From assembly GCF_006345805.1 (NCBI RefSeq), contig NC_043007.1, forward strand, positions 36,022,001 to 36,086,000: a stretch of DNA of 64,000 nucleotides, in the 5' to 3' direction. Shown here one piece after another: positions 25,858 through 38,202 of this stretch. Source of the DNA: Octopus sinensis (taxonomy: Eukaryota). The position numbers and the translations under genes are program-made. Within the stretch, counting starts at the first letter, position 1. Each line of letters begins with the position of its first letter. Under the pieces are notes generated by a model. It made no database searches. It had not been told where the DNA came from and saw only the letters and a list, made by a program, of their open reading frames with translations.

Positions 25858-28800
25858 TTGAAATCATACTTCAAAGACGAAATGGAAAATTTACCGCATC
25901 CAAAAGACCTAGACTTTAATCAGGAAAATCTAGCCGCAGCATGGAAAAAGTGGAAAAAAGAATTCAATCTCTTTTTGATAGCAACAGAAAGTGACATGAA
26001 GCCAGACAAAGTAAAAACTTCAATGTTTTTAACTTGCATCGGTTCTAAAGGCCGAGATATCCATTCCACACTGGATTTCGATTCACCCGACGAAGAAATG
26101 AACCTTCAGACAGTAATCGAAAAATTCGATGCATATTGTGAACCCAGGAAAAACATAACTTTCCTAAGACACAAATTCTTCACATGTGGACAAGCGGAAC
26201 ATCAAAAATTCGATGAGTACGTAGTAGAGTTGCGCCAAAAGGCACAACAGTGCGAATTCGGCAACCTCACAGACAGTCTCACCAAAGATATTCTGATATG
26301 TGGAATCAGAGACATGAGATTAAGAGAAAGATTATTGAGAGAACCAAATTTAGACCTACAAAAAACAATTCAAGCAGGTCAGAGTGCAGAGCAAACACGA
26401 CTCCAATCAAGGATGCTAAATGCCACATCCGAAACAAGAGATAACGAAATCTCGAGGGTATATAGTCAACACGACAGAAAAGGCGCCAAAACTCAAATAA
26501 CCCGCCATATGCAATCCAGACATCAAAACGAACAAGGCGGAAGTGACAGAAAGCCCGCGAAGTTTCAAGCGCCAAGTCAACACTACGTCACTAACTGTCA
26601 CTATTGTGGTTATAATCACAAAAGAAATAAATGCCCAGCATTTCACAAGACATGTGAAAAATGCAAGAAACAAGGACACTATGCAAAAATGTGCAAATCA
26701 AGAAAATTTGTACATAAAGTAGAGATACATACCGACGATGAATCAGATGACGATACACATGCACTCGAAATGATCACTGCAAATAATTCCCGCGTGCACA
26801 AAATCGAAAAGTTCAAGACTCCAAAAGACATTTGGACGGTCGAACTAAAAGTGAACAACTCGAATGTAACATTCAAAATAGATACAGGAGCAGACGTAAC
26901 CGTACTGCCATTCAGAGAATATAGAAATATAATTCCAAAACCACAACTGCAAAAAACTTCAACTCGATTATCAGCTTATAATAACACAGCTATAAAAGTG
27001 CTAGGAAAATGCACAGCAGTCATTAAATACAAAGAATTATCAAAGCAAATAAAATTCATTGTTGCAAAAACAAACTCGCACGCAGTTATAGATGCAAAGA
27101 CAGCTAAAGATCTGAACCTGATTCAGAGAATTTCAAAAATAAATTCGTCGAACAAAAACGACATATTAGAAAAATATGAAGACTGTTTCGGAGAAATCGG
27201 CACTTTGTCAATAACACATCATATCACAGTGGATCCACAAATAACTCCTGTAATTCATCCACCAAGATCGGTTCCTTTTTCTATAAAAGAAAAACTCAAC
27301 AAAGAATTAAAAAGAATGACAGAATTAGATATCATAAAACCTGTTAGTGAACCTACAGACTGGGTAAATTCCCTAGTCATCGTTGAAAAAGCCAACGGAA
27401 AACTCCGACTCTGTTTAGACCCCAAGAATCTAAACAAAGCCATAAAAAGGCAACATTTCAAACTCCCTACAGCGGAGGACATTTTTGCACAAATGCATAA
27501 CCCTAAATATTTTTCAAAACTCGATGCATCTAATGGATACTGGCAAATTCCAGTTGACGAAGAAAGCTCCCATCTTTTAACGTTCAACACACCTTTTGGA
27601 AGGTATCGCTTCACACGACTACCCTTTGGAATTCACAGCGCCAGTGAAGTTTTCCAAAAAGAAATTTCAAAAATAATAGAGGGCATAGAAGGAGCAAGAA
27701 ATTCACAGGATGACATCATAATCTGGTCCAACACTTTAGAAGAACACACAAATAGACTACAACAAGTTTTCGATCGAATCCGAAAGCACGGATTAAAGTT
27801 AAATAAATCAAAGTGTATCTTCTATGAATCACAAATCAAGTACCTTGGGCATATATTAACCAGCGAAGGGATAAAACAAGATCCAACCAAGGTACAAGCA
27901 ATCATTCACATGCCACTGCCAACAAGTAAAAAAGAATTACAAAGATTCCTAGGTATGACAAATTACCTATGTAAATTTTTATCTAATTACTCCGAAGTCA
28001 CAGCACCATTGCGCCAGCTTCTACAGAGTGACACGTTATGGTCATTCGACAAACCACAAATCGAAGCAATAAAAAAGCTAAAAGAAATGATTACCAGAAA
28101 ACCAGTGCTACAATTTTATGATCCAGATCTACCAATAAAAATAACTACAGATGCTAGTAAGCATGGGCTCGGAGCGATACTTGAGCAGAAACACAACGAA
28201 AGATGGCTACCTGTTTCGTTTGCATCTCGTGCAACAACTCAAGCGGAACAAAACTACTGTCCGATAGAGAGCGAAGCTCTCAGTATAGTTTTCGCATGCA
28301 AGAAATTTCATCAGTTTATATACGGAACTCATTTCAGAATCGAAAATGACCATAAACCGTTGAAGCAAATATTCAAAAAATCGATCACTAAATGCCCCCC
28401 CAGAATCCAAAGATTTCTACTAACATTACAAAGATATGATTTTGACCTAAACCACATACCTGGTAAAGAATCAATTGTTGCAGATACCCTATCACGTGCA
28501 TACCTTGAGCAAAATACTCCAGAAGTACCAGACGAAGATATGAAATCGCACATTCATGCAGTAATAAAAAATTACCCCATAACCGACACTAAATTAAAAG
28601 AGTATAAAGAAGCCACTGCAGACGACCCGTCTCTACAGACACTCGTCACATATACAAGAACAGAATGGCCCCCAAAAGACAAAATACCAATAAACATCAA
28701 ACCATTCGTATCCGTTCGTGATGAAATATCAATCGTCAATGGTCTCGTTCTAAAAGGTTCAAGAATAATTGTACCTAAGTCATTACGTAGAGAAGCTCTA

Positions 28801-29508
28801 CAGGAAATACATACCGGACACATGGGTATCGAAAAATGCATAGAGAGAGCGAAGGAATGTATATACTGGCCCGGCATTAACGCTCAAATCAAAGACATGA
28901 TTAACACATGCTCATACTGCATTGACTACAAAAATCAACAAGCAGCCGAACCACTAATAAATCATGAAATACCTACTACACCATGGACCAAAGTGGGTAC
29001 AGACGTATTTCACCTGTCTGGAAATTCGTATGTCACAATTATTGACTATACAACAAGATTTTTTGATCTACACGAAATAAATGATTGCCAGTCAAAAACC
29101 GTAATCAAAAAATTAAAAGAAACTTTTGCTAAATTCGGAATTCCGCAAACAGTTGTAAGTGACAACGGTCCAGAATTCAATTCGGCTGAATTCAAAAAAT
29201 TTGCAAAAAATTGGCATTTTCATCACACGAAGACAAGCCCGCATTATCATCAAGCGAATGGCATGGTTGAGAGAAATATACAGACAATAAAAAAGACGCT
29301 AAAAAAGGCATTCAAAAGTGACGAAGAACCTCAGTTAGCGCTCTTAGCATTACGCACGACTAAATTACAAAATGGTGCACCATCCCCTGCAAATCAAATA
29401 ATGAATAGAACATTGCGAACAAATCTCCCAAACATACTACACGACAAAATTGGTATCAGGCCTCACAAAAGAAGAAATCAAACATTACAACAGAACTCCC
29501 AGAGTTAA
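25858..29508 (+). CDS. Gag-Pol polyprotein (first ATG at 25882)
   Basis: Two Zn knuckles (CHYCGYNHKRNKC, CEKCKKQGHYAKMC); protease DTG; RT LDASNGYWQI and SQDD; RNase H TDASKHGLG; integrase H-H-C-C plus D,D,E (VGTD, SDNG, MVER). Confidence 0.95.
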   Translation: MKSYFKDEMENLPHPKDLDFNQENLAAAWKKWKKEFNLFLIATESDMKPDKVKTSMFLTCIGSKGRDIHSTLDFDSPDEEMNLQTVIEKFDAYCEPRKNITFLRHKFFTCGQAEHQKFDEYVVELRQKAQQCEFGNLTDSLTKDILICGIRDMRLRERLLREPNLDLQKTIQAGQSAEQTRLQSRMLNATSETRDNEISRVYSQHDRKGAKTQITRHMQSRHQNEQGGSDRKPAKFQAPSQHYVTNCHYCGYNHKRNKCPAFHKTCEKCKKQGHYAKMCKSRKFVHKVEIHTDDESDDDTHALEMITANNSRVHKIEKFKTPKDIWTVELKVNNSNVTFKIDTGADVTVLPFREYRNIIPKPQLQKTSTRLSAYNNTAIKVLGKCTAVIKYKELSKQIKFIVAKTNSHAVIDAKTAKDLNLIQRISKINSSNKNDILEKYEDCFGEIGTLSITHHITVDPQITPVIHPPRSVPFSIKEKLNKELKRMTELDIIKPVSEPTDWVNSLVIVEKANGKLRLCLDPKNLNKAIKRQHFKLPTAEDIFAQMHNPKYFSKLDASNGYWQIPVDEESSHLLTFNTPFGRYRFTRLPFGIHSASEVFQKEISKIIEGIEGARNSQDDIIIWSNTLEEHTNRLQQVFDRIRKHGLKLNKSKCIFYESQIKYLGHILTSEGIKQDPTKVQAIIHMPLPTSKKELQRFLGMTNYLCKFLSNYSEVTAPLRQLLQSDTLWSFDKPQIEAIKKLKEMITRKPVLQFYDPDLPIKITTDASKHGLGAILEQKHNERWLPVSFASRATTQAEQNYCPIESEALSIVFACKKFHQFIYGTHFRIENDHKPLKQIFKKSITKCPPRIQRFLLTLQRYDFDLNHIPGKESIVADTLSRAYLEQNTPEVPDEDMKSHIHAVIKNYPITDTKLKEYKEATADDPSLQTLVTYTRTEWPPKDKIPINIKPFVSVRDEISIVNGLVLKGSRIIVPKSLRREALQEIHTGHMGIEKCIERAKECIYWPGINAQIKDMINTCSYCIDYKNQQAAEPLINHEIPTTPWTKVGTDVFHLSGNSYVTIIDYTTRFFDLHEINDCQSKTVIKKLKETFAKFGIPQTVVSDNGPEFNSAEFKKFAKNWHFHHTKTSPHYHQANGMVERNIQTIKKTLKKAFKSDEEPQLALLALRTTKLQNGAPSPANQIMNRTLRTNLPNILHDKIGIRPHKRRNQTLQQNSQS

Positions 29509-29825
29509 AACCACACGACACGGTTAGAATTAAGTTTAACAACAATTGGTTTAGAAGGGGCAAAATAATTAAAAAACTAGAGCAACCTCGTTCATACTTA
29601 GTAATAACAGAGGAAGGAAATACAGTCAAACGAAATAGACAACATATTCTTAAAACAAACGAACACGTTCGCATAACAGAAGAATTAGATTATGAAAATA
29701 TATTTCCAAAGTCAACAAACACGCATGAAAAAACAAAAACAGCACAACTACAGAATTCAACACTACAAAATAATAAAACCACAACAAGTGGACGACGAAT
29801 AATTATTCCCTGTAGATACAGATGA
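29409..29825 (+). CDS. Integrase C-terminal tail in the -1 frame
   Basis: Open frame ELPELKPHDTVRIK...PRSYLV...KRNRQHIL...TTSGRRIIIPCRYR*, typical of Mag/Gypsy IN tails. Confidence 0.75.
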   Translation, partial: NIANKSPKHTTRQNWYQASQKKKSNITTELPELKPHDTVRIKFNNNWFRRGKIIKKLEQPRSYLVITEEGNTVKRNRQHILKTNEHVRITEELDYENIFPKSTNTHEKTKTAQLQNSTLQNNKTTTSGRRIIIPCRYR

Positions 29826-29839
29826 TATAAAAAAAATTT

Positions 29840-29857
29840 AAAAAAAAAAAAAGAAGA
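29840..29857 (+). promoter_or_regulatory. Polypurine tract
   Basis: A13-GAAGA purine run abutting the 3' LTR. Confidence 0.8.
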
Positions 29858-30095
29858 TGTTATATAATCATCACAACAAACATGAACAATCAACGTCGCC
29901 CATTGTCTCCCTTGATAAAAGGACTTTCACTTTGTTTCCCGCCAAAACAATTAACTTGTACAACAACGGCAGTCGAATAAAGTATCTTGTATCGTTAACA
30001 CGTTGTTTCAGTCTCTCTCATTTTCTTAATCTTTCATACTAAGTACTCACTACTTCCTTTAATACTCAATACATTATATATATATAACAACAACA
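29858..30095 (+). repeat. 3' LTR
   Basis: Identical by eye to the 5' LTR. Confidence 0.97.
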
Positions 30096-31019
30096 GTTAC
30101 CGGTGATTCAAATAAGTTTCAGATACAAAAGTCCATGAGATTGAAGCTGTGAAAGAGGTGGGTATTAGGTGCTGTAACTCCTCTCTTCACTCTGTAGGCT
30201 GAGAAGGAGATTGGTAACGCCATGCTCCCTGCGATTCCATCCTTATTACCATTACTGTCTGTCAGTGTCACATGATGCCATACTGATTCGGCCTGAGAAT
30301 TGCTTAACATGTCTGTAAGGTAGCAAATTGGTAGAATTGTTTGAGCGTTGATTGGTTCGGCGTTTTGTGTTCTGGGTTTAAATCTGGCTGAGGTCACCTT
30401 CGCCTTTCAACTCTTCGCGGTTGGTAAAAAACGTAACAATTTAGGGAGGAACATTGATGGAACTGTTGGAGGTGTATTGATGGAACAGTATCTATTTTGG
30501 CTCTTAGTGTTCGGGGTTCAAATCCACTCAAGATCTACTTTCCTTTCTATCTTTCATGATCGATAAAAAAAACAAAAAAAACAATGCGAATTTGGGCAGG
30601 CTGACTGTTAGAGTGCCGAGCAAAAACGCCTTGCAGTTTCTGTTCTGGCTCTTTAAATTCTGACAGCAACCTCTGCAACGACACGGGTATCAAGCTGTAT
30701 CGACCCAAGTCGATGGACTTTCTCTTAAGTAAACATCTCTATCGTGAGTAAATACCTGTCTTATTTTTTTTACTTGTTTCAGCCATTAGACTGCGGCCAT
30801 GCTGGGACACCACTATGAAGAGTTTTAGTCGAACAGATCGATGCCGGTACTTATTTTTAAGTATGGTACTTTTCTATCGATTTCTTTTGCTGAACCACTT
30901 TATTACGCGGACATGAACAAACCAGCATCGGTGGTTGAGCGGTGTGGGAGAGACAAGCACAAAGAGACACATGTGTGTATGTGCGCGCATATATATATGT
31001 ATGTGTGTATATATTATAT

Positions 31020-31321
31020 TGTTTGTTCCTTCTCGAGCCATGCCTGGCTCATAAGGCCCGGTGTCCCGGTTTCCTTGGCGTATAGGTTCCCCACCTGGAT
31101 GGGACGCCGGTCCGTCGCAGGTGAACTGCAAGATGCTGGAGGAAAGAGTGAGAGAAAGTTGTGGCGAAAGAGTCAGCAAAAGTTTGCCATTACCTTCTGC
31201 CGGAGCCGCGTGGAGCTTAGGTGTTTCGCTCATAAATACACACATCGCCCTGTCTGAAATTCGAACCCGCGATCCCTAAACCGCGAGTCCGCTGCTCTAA
31301 CCACTAGGCCATGTGCCTCCA
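31020..31321 (-). mobile_element. Chimeric SINE: family-A-like head and body with family-D-like tail
   Basis: Head/body resembles 16201; tail CCGGGCCTTATGAGCCAGGC resembles 14760-14790. Confidence 0.65.
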
Positions 31322-31347
31322 CGTATGTATTATATATTTGAGTATAA

Positions 31348-31385
<38 letters not shown>

Positions 31386-31754
31386 ACAGTGAGATTCCAC
31401 ACAGTTTCCGGTTTCTGTCTATCAAATCCACTCACAAGGCATGGGTCGGCCCGGTGCTATGGTAGAAAACACTTGCCCAAGGTTCCACGCAGTGGGACTG
31501 GACCCCAAACTGAGACCATGGGGCTGCAAAAGAGATCTTGACCAAGCCCGCGCTGACATGAGCAGATGGCATGATGGTCAGTCTTGACCAACAGAGACCA
31601 ATGAACAAACAACACTTAACAGCATTGATTTCACGAGTAGGAAGGAATCCAATTAATCTAACAAGTGAACGCGGATCGTCGATACTGACGGAGAATCCAC
31701 TACAAAACAAATAAAAGCGGGGAATAATAGATTTATGGTCGAAGAAGCAGTTGT

Positions 31755-32184
31755 GGATCTTTTCGGTTTGAACGGCAGTTTTTTCTAGCGGTGTCATATT
31801 GTCACCCATAATTATGACCCTAGAATCGATCCATTGCATTTCAATCTATTTTAAGGTTAGAGTTAGAGTTAGGGTTAGGGTTAGGGGTGAGGGAAAGGTA
31901 TCTTTTTTTCTTCAGAAATATAAATAAACCCAATATGTTTCTTAAACGAGGACATATTCATACGGCACAGAATGTTTTCAACTCAATAGACGTCATTGAT
32001 TGGTTGAAATGGCAGAAATTGAAGAAGAAAAAACAACAAATATCTTACAAACTATAGAATTTTCTCAATAAAGCCAAGAGAAAAAGATGTTTTATAGACA
32101 CATTCTACCAGTATACGAAGTTTAAAAGTGTTTAGCTACGCGGAAATTATTTAAAAAAAACTGCCGTTCAAACCGAAAAGAACC
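31755..32184. mobile_element. hAT-type MITE
   Basis: Same TIRs (right end GAACC); flanked by ~285-bp direct repeats. Confidence 0.9.
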
Positions 32185-32942
32185 AACACTTGCCCAAGGT
32201 GCCACGCAGTGGGACTGGACCCCAAACCGAGACCATGTGGCTGCAAAAGAGATCTTGACCAAGCCCGCGCTTACATGAGCAGATGGCATGATGGTCAGTC
32301 TTGACCAACAGAGACCAATGAACAAACAACACTTAACAATATTGATTTCACTGTGTAGAAATCCAATTAATCTAACAAGTGAACGCAGATCGTCGATACT
32401 GACGGAGAATCCACTACAAAACAAATAAAAGCGGGGAATAATAGATTTATGGTCGAAGAAACAGTTGGAAGGTGGTGGGGCTGTATGCAAAAGGTCAAGG
32501 TTGACAACACGGTGTCAGCAGCAGCAGCAGAAGCGGCAGGGGCAGCGGTGAGAGGTGCTGTATTATGGATCTTGAGCTGTGTAGTAGGCCAGTCCGCTAA
32601 TCAAGCCTGAAGTAAAGATAATCGAGTGCAGCTGTTGCATCTGCTTCCCCTCTCTTCCTTCCCCTCTATCTCCCAACCTCTGCCTCTTTCTTTCTTTCTT
32701 TCTTTCTTTCTCTCTCTCTAGCCTTCTTTCTCTCTACTTGTCTCCCTTTATTTCCCACTGTGTCTCTCCCCTTACAAGGGAACCTGTAATGTGGTTGTTG
32801 GATGTGCTAGAAATAACAGCCAAATCTCTCTCTCTCTCTCTATCCTTCTTTATCTCTACTTGTCGCCCTTCGTTCCTACTGTGTCTCTCATCTTACAAGG
32901 GAACCTGTACGTGGTTGTTGGATGTGCTAGAAATAACAGCCG

Positions 32943-32975
<33 letters not shown>

Positions 32976-34246
32976 AAACACTGTCACCCTCTTTAAAACA
33001 TGACTCTGTATAATGTGGGTTAGGATTTTTTTCTCTTCATGAAGAAACAAAATGACGAGATAGTCACAGTTGGAACGTATTTGATTGATAGATCAACATA
33101 TCAACACATACACACACGCACGGCGCACACACGAGCAAGCACGCACAGTCACACATACAACCATATACAACCACACACATCAACACATCCATCAATGCAT
33201 CCACATTTATACACACACACACACGCACGCACACAAACAACCACACATACAACCACACGCATCCACACATCAGCATTCACAAACACACACATACACACAT
33301 CCATACGCTCATGTGGATCACCAGCAGCCTGTGGTTACATTCAAGAAGGTCATGGGCAATCCCTCCTCTTCCTCCTCCTCCTTCCCCTCCCATGCTCTAT
33401 TTCAGTGTTGTTTAACCCAGGTCAGCCAATCCTGATCAAGCACACATATATAACCAAAGGATTTCCAACCATGCCAGTACCACCTTTTTATACAATGCGC
33501 ATTTCTTTACTTTTCTCTTCTATATTTTTTGTATATAGTCATCTCGAACCCAATGTGCATTGAAGGAGATTTGACTGCTAGCAGGTTGAGCAACCAAATA
33601 GAGGTTCCAATATTTATATATATATATATGTACGTATATATATGTTTGTATGTATGCATATATTTTATTTATTACACTATATATATATATAATAAAAGGC
33701 TCCCAAATAAGGAAGCTTAGTGCTAGAGACACAAAGAGGGATAAATTCATGGAGAGAATGAAAATCAAAATCATTTACCATTAACGATATATCCCGGACT
33801 GATCAGTTTCTACCTCTTTCTAGCAAAACAGACAGAATATGTTTGCCAAGGTAACGTTCGTCAGCGGGACGCCTTCCTAATTCTAGATGCACAGAGCGTT
33901 AGAGCACATGTCGGTCTAACAATTTGTATATCTTAACTTTTCAAACTTCTATATATACGACGGATTTCTTTCAGTTTCCGTCTACCAAATTCACTCACAA
34001 GGCTTTGGTCGGCCCGAGGCTACAGAAAAAGAAATTTGCCCAAGGTTCCACGTAGTGGGACTGAACCCGGAACCATGTGGTTGGGAAGCAAGCTTCTTAC
34101 CACACACATACACACACACACAAATATATATATTCTCATATATATATATATTTATAAATATATATACGCACACATACCTACATGCATACGTACGTACATA
34201 CGTACGTGCGTGCGTGCGTGCATGCATGCATACATACATACATAAT

Positions 34247-34565
34247 AAAAGGTAAAGACCCCATTCTGTCACGAATGACCATGGGATTGTACCTACAAAA
34301 TTATCCTCTGAGACACAAGTCCGGAAAAGGTTTTTTATGAGAAATCAGCAGTCGCCCACACATACCAGCCTCCCCTCTCCACGCCACCGATGTTATCCAA
34401 GGGAAAGGTAAAGGCCAATACAGCTTGGCACCATTTCTACAGCGGAGTGAACTGGAACAACATAAAATAAAGTGTCTTGCTCAAGGACAGAACACACAGC
34501 CCGGTCCGAGAATCAAACTCACTACTTCGTGATTGTGAACCCGACGCTCTAACCACTGAACCAAA
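34247..34565 (-). mobile_element. tRNA-headed SINE family B
   Basis: Aligns to 42955-43305. Confidence 0.8.
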
Positions 34566-35045
34566 TATGTATTTATCTATGTTTTTCATTATTTTATTTG
34601 GAAAAGACTGGGAAAAGGGGCTGGCAGAATCGTTAGAGTACTTTGCAGTATTTATTCCAGTTCGTTACGTTTTGAGTTCAAATCCAGCCCATGTCAACTT
34701 TGCCTTTCATCCTTTACGGGTCGCGGGTCGCTAGAATTAAGTATCAGTTTTGTAGTGAAGTTCATGATATCGCCTTGTCCTCTCTCCTCAAAATCGCTGG
34801 CTTCGTACCTAAATCATTGCCCATTATTTGATTTGAAAAAGCAGAATTAATCACCCCTCCCCCCCCCCTTCGCAGGACCCTCCAAAACCGTTGTCGCTGT
34901 TGTTTAGTCCCAGGTCAGCTTCGATCGTCCAGACTCATGATCAAAAGCTTTCCAAATAAGACTATCCCGTCTGGCTTGCCCCCTCCATGGCCTGCAGTCC
35001 AAGATTTGAGGAAAGTTTGGTTGGTTAACACATCGCGAAGGACAA

Positions 35046-35079
<34 letters not shown>

Positions 35080-35244
35080 CAGTATCAACAGCAGCAGCAG
35101 CAGTAGTTGTTGTTGTTGTTTCAAGTAATCAGTCGATGTAATCTTACACCAGAGTATCTGTACGAAACAACAAAAGGCCAATGCTGGAATTTTATCGTTC
35201 CTCAATTCGTTAATTTGCTTTTAGGTTTCCAATAATGAGAATAT

Positions 35245-35297
<53 letters not shown>

Positions 35298-35325
35298 CAA
35301 ATAAATATATGCACATGTGCACATA

Positions 35326-35382
<57 letters not shown>

Positions 35383-35580
35383 GCGATGATGAATCGGTTT
35401 CTGACTGAAGAACGAAGGCTTTGAATGACCCGTCTGTCTCTTATGTTCGTCCCTTCGTGTATTTCACGTTATTTATATATGTAAAGGTTATTATATATAT
35501 ACATACATAGAGAGAGAGAGAGAGAGAAAGAGAGAGTGAGAGAGATGCCTGTATGCATATATATATATGCATATGTGCAC

Positions 35581-35622
<42 letters not shown>

Positions 35623-36385
35623 ATATATATATATATATATATGCACGCGCGCGCACACACACACATACAGATATGTATAGTATATGTGTATATATATATA
35701 ATGCGTTATGAATGTTCTGACTTCGGTAACGGGAATGAAATGAAGAAAGGTTAAAAATTCAGTAGAAAGGAGATGAGAAGTAGCAATGGTGCTGATGCTG
35801 GTGGTGCAGGTGGTGGTAGCGGTGGTGCTGGTGGTTGGAGAATACCAACAATAGCAGTTTATAAATGAGAAGAAAGTGCAAAAAGAAATGATAAAAGCAA
35901 CAACAACAAAAAAACAACCCAGAAAACAAGTGGTTATGCAGAAAGACTATTCCTTGTGTCACCATTATCAGCTGTTGTTATGAAGTTGTTTCAAAGATAT
36001 AAAGATGTTGGTTGTGTTGTAATGTTATACTTGTCTTATTCTTATTGCAATGCTATCACTAATAAACCGAGCATAGCTCAGAATACTTTGGGTAGGTGAA
36101 GTGCTGTTGTGTTGTTGCTATTATATGTGTTTTCCATTGTGTTGAAAGTCCTCTATTTAATAAGCGTATATTTAATAAGCTCGGTGGTCTGGTCGTGTGA
36201 TTTTGCTATATGTTTTATGTGCGAAAGTTTTAGTTACGTACGCCATCATAATTGCTTGATCATTCTCAAGGCCCCTATTATTAAAAGGATTGTTCCTGCT
36301 GTTTCAAATCTTCTTCATTCTGTTTCATAGATTTACATTGGATAATTGTTAGAAATATAGATGCTGGCTCAATAATGTGACATAC

Positions 36386-36620
36386 CTATTTCTTTACTAC
36401 CCACAAGGGGCTAAACACAGAGAGGATAAACAAGGACAGACAAACGGATTAAGTCGATTATATCGACTCCAATGCGTAACTGGTACTTATTTAATCGATC
36501 CCGAAAGGATGGAAGGCAAAGTCGACCTCGGCGGAATTTGAACTCAGAACGTAGCGGCCGACGAAATACCGCTAAGCACTTCGCCCGGCGTGCTAGCGTT
36601 TCTGCCAGCTCGCCGTCTTT
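36386..36620 (-). mobile_element. SINE family M, tail A
   Basis: TSD CTCAATAATGTGACATA(C/A)C at 36368-36385 and 36623-36640. Confidence 0.9.
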
Positions 36621-36689
36621 GACTCAATAATGTGACATAACTAGCATTCGATACTCAGAGGAGGACAGGCCTGTGAAAAAAAAAAACGC

Positions 36690-37596
36690 TTGGCATGCTA
36701 TTTTCAATTTGGTTTTCGTGCCAATCCTCACTTATGGTTATGAATGTTAGATAATGACTGAAAGCAGACGATCACGAAAGCAAGCAGCCAAAACGAGGCT
36801 ACTCAGAAGGATCTCTGGAGTAACGCTACTTGACAGGATGCACGACTCGGAAATCAGGGAACGCCTCGATGTCGAGCCGATTCTTCTCTGCATTGAAAGG
36901 TCACATCTTCGGTTCTAAGAACATGTGATTAGAATGTCACTAGAAAGAATTGCAAGACGGATTCTTCAAGCAAAAGCAACCGACAGGAGACTTAAGGATA
37001 GACCAAGAATGAAATGGTTGGTTAATATTCATAATCTCAAGTTGGTCATACAAGGGAGTCCAGCCGGCAAGTGTAATAACGGTTGCGGATCTTTTCGGTT
37101 TGAACAGCAGTTTTTTCTAGCAGTGTCATATTAAATTGTCACCCATAATTATGACCCTAGTATCGATCTATTGCATTTCAATCTGTTTTAGGGTTAGGGG
37201 TGGGGGAAAAGTATCTGTTTTTTCTTCACAAATGTAAATAACCCCAACCTGTTTCTTAAACGAAGGACATATTCATACGGCACAGAATGTTTTCACCTCA
37301 AATAGACGTCATTGATTGGTTGAAATTGCAGAATTTGAAGAAAAAAAAACAACAAATATCTTACAAACGATAGAATTTTTTCAATAAAGCCAAGAGAAAA
37401 AGATGTTTTATAAACACATTCTACAAGTATACGAAGTTGAAATTTTTTTAGTTACCTAGGAATTATGTTAAAAACTGCCGTTCAAACCGAAAAGATCCAC
37501 GGTTGCTTCTGATAGGACCAGGACTCTATGGAGGAGGTGCCTGATGACTTTACCGCCACGAGTCTCACTGGAATGGTAAGCAGAGAAGATTGATGG
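36690..37596 (+). pseudogene. RTE (Expander-like) LINE 3' remnant interrupted by a hAT MITE
   Basis: FVPILTYGYEC*IMTESRRSR...EPILLCIERSHLR...DRPRMKW; related to 17465 copy. Confidence 0.75.
37087..37498. mobile_element. hAT-type MITE
   Basis: TIRs; 8-bp TSD ACGGTTGC at 37079-37086 and 37499-37506. Confidence 0.93.
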
Positions 37597-37790
37597 CTCT
37601 TCCGGAGATTCGAAACTGAATCTGTAAATTCTCCCTAGCCATTCTGTCAGGGATAAACGCTGATATACGTGTTTTCCACTTGACTCTTAACCTTTTCTAT
37701 GCCATGAAAAGTCGAAATAGATAAGGAGCGACCTACATTAATTTAACCATTGTCAGAATAGTATATCCATCTTTCTAGCTAGTCTGTATC

Positions 37791-38202
37791 CTCTTTTACT
37801 CTTTTACTCTTTTACTTGTTTCAGTCATTTGACTGCGGCCATGCTGGAGCACCGCCTTTAGTTGAGCAAATCGACCCCGGGACTTATTCTTTGTAAGCCC
37901 AGTACTTATTCTTTCGGTCTCTTTTGCCGAACCGCTAAGTTACGGGGACGTAAACACACCAGCATCGGTTGTCAAGCAATACTAGGGGGACAAACACAGA
38001 CACACAAACACACACATATATATATATATATATACATATATACGACAGGCTTCTTTCAGTTTCCGTCTACCAAATCCACTCACAAGGCATTGGTCGGCCC
38101 GGGGCTATAGCAGAAGACACTTGCCCAAGATGCCACGCAGTGGGACTGAACCCGGAACCATGCGGTTGGTAAACAAGCTGCTTACCACACAGCCACTCCT
38201 GT
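37791..38202 (-). mobile_element. CORE-like SINE family C
   Basis: Near-identical to 46334-46766. Confidence 0.9.

Larger units (their letters stand above)
25566..30095 (+). mobile_element. Full-length Ty3/Gypsy LTR retrotransposon (Mag-like)
   Basis: LTRs 25566-25803 and 29858-30095 (238 bp, TG..CA); TSD GTTAC at 25561-25565 and 30096-30100; domain order gag-PR-RT-RH-IN. Confidence 0.97.
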
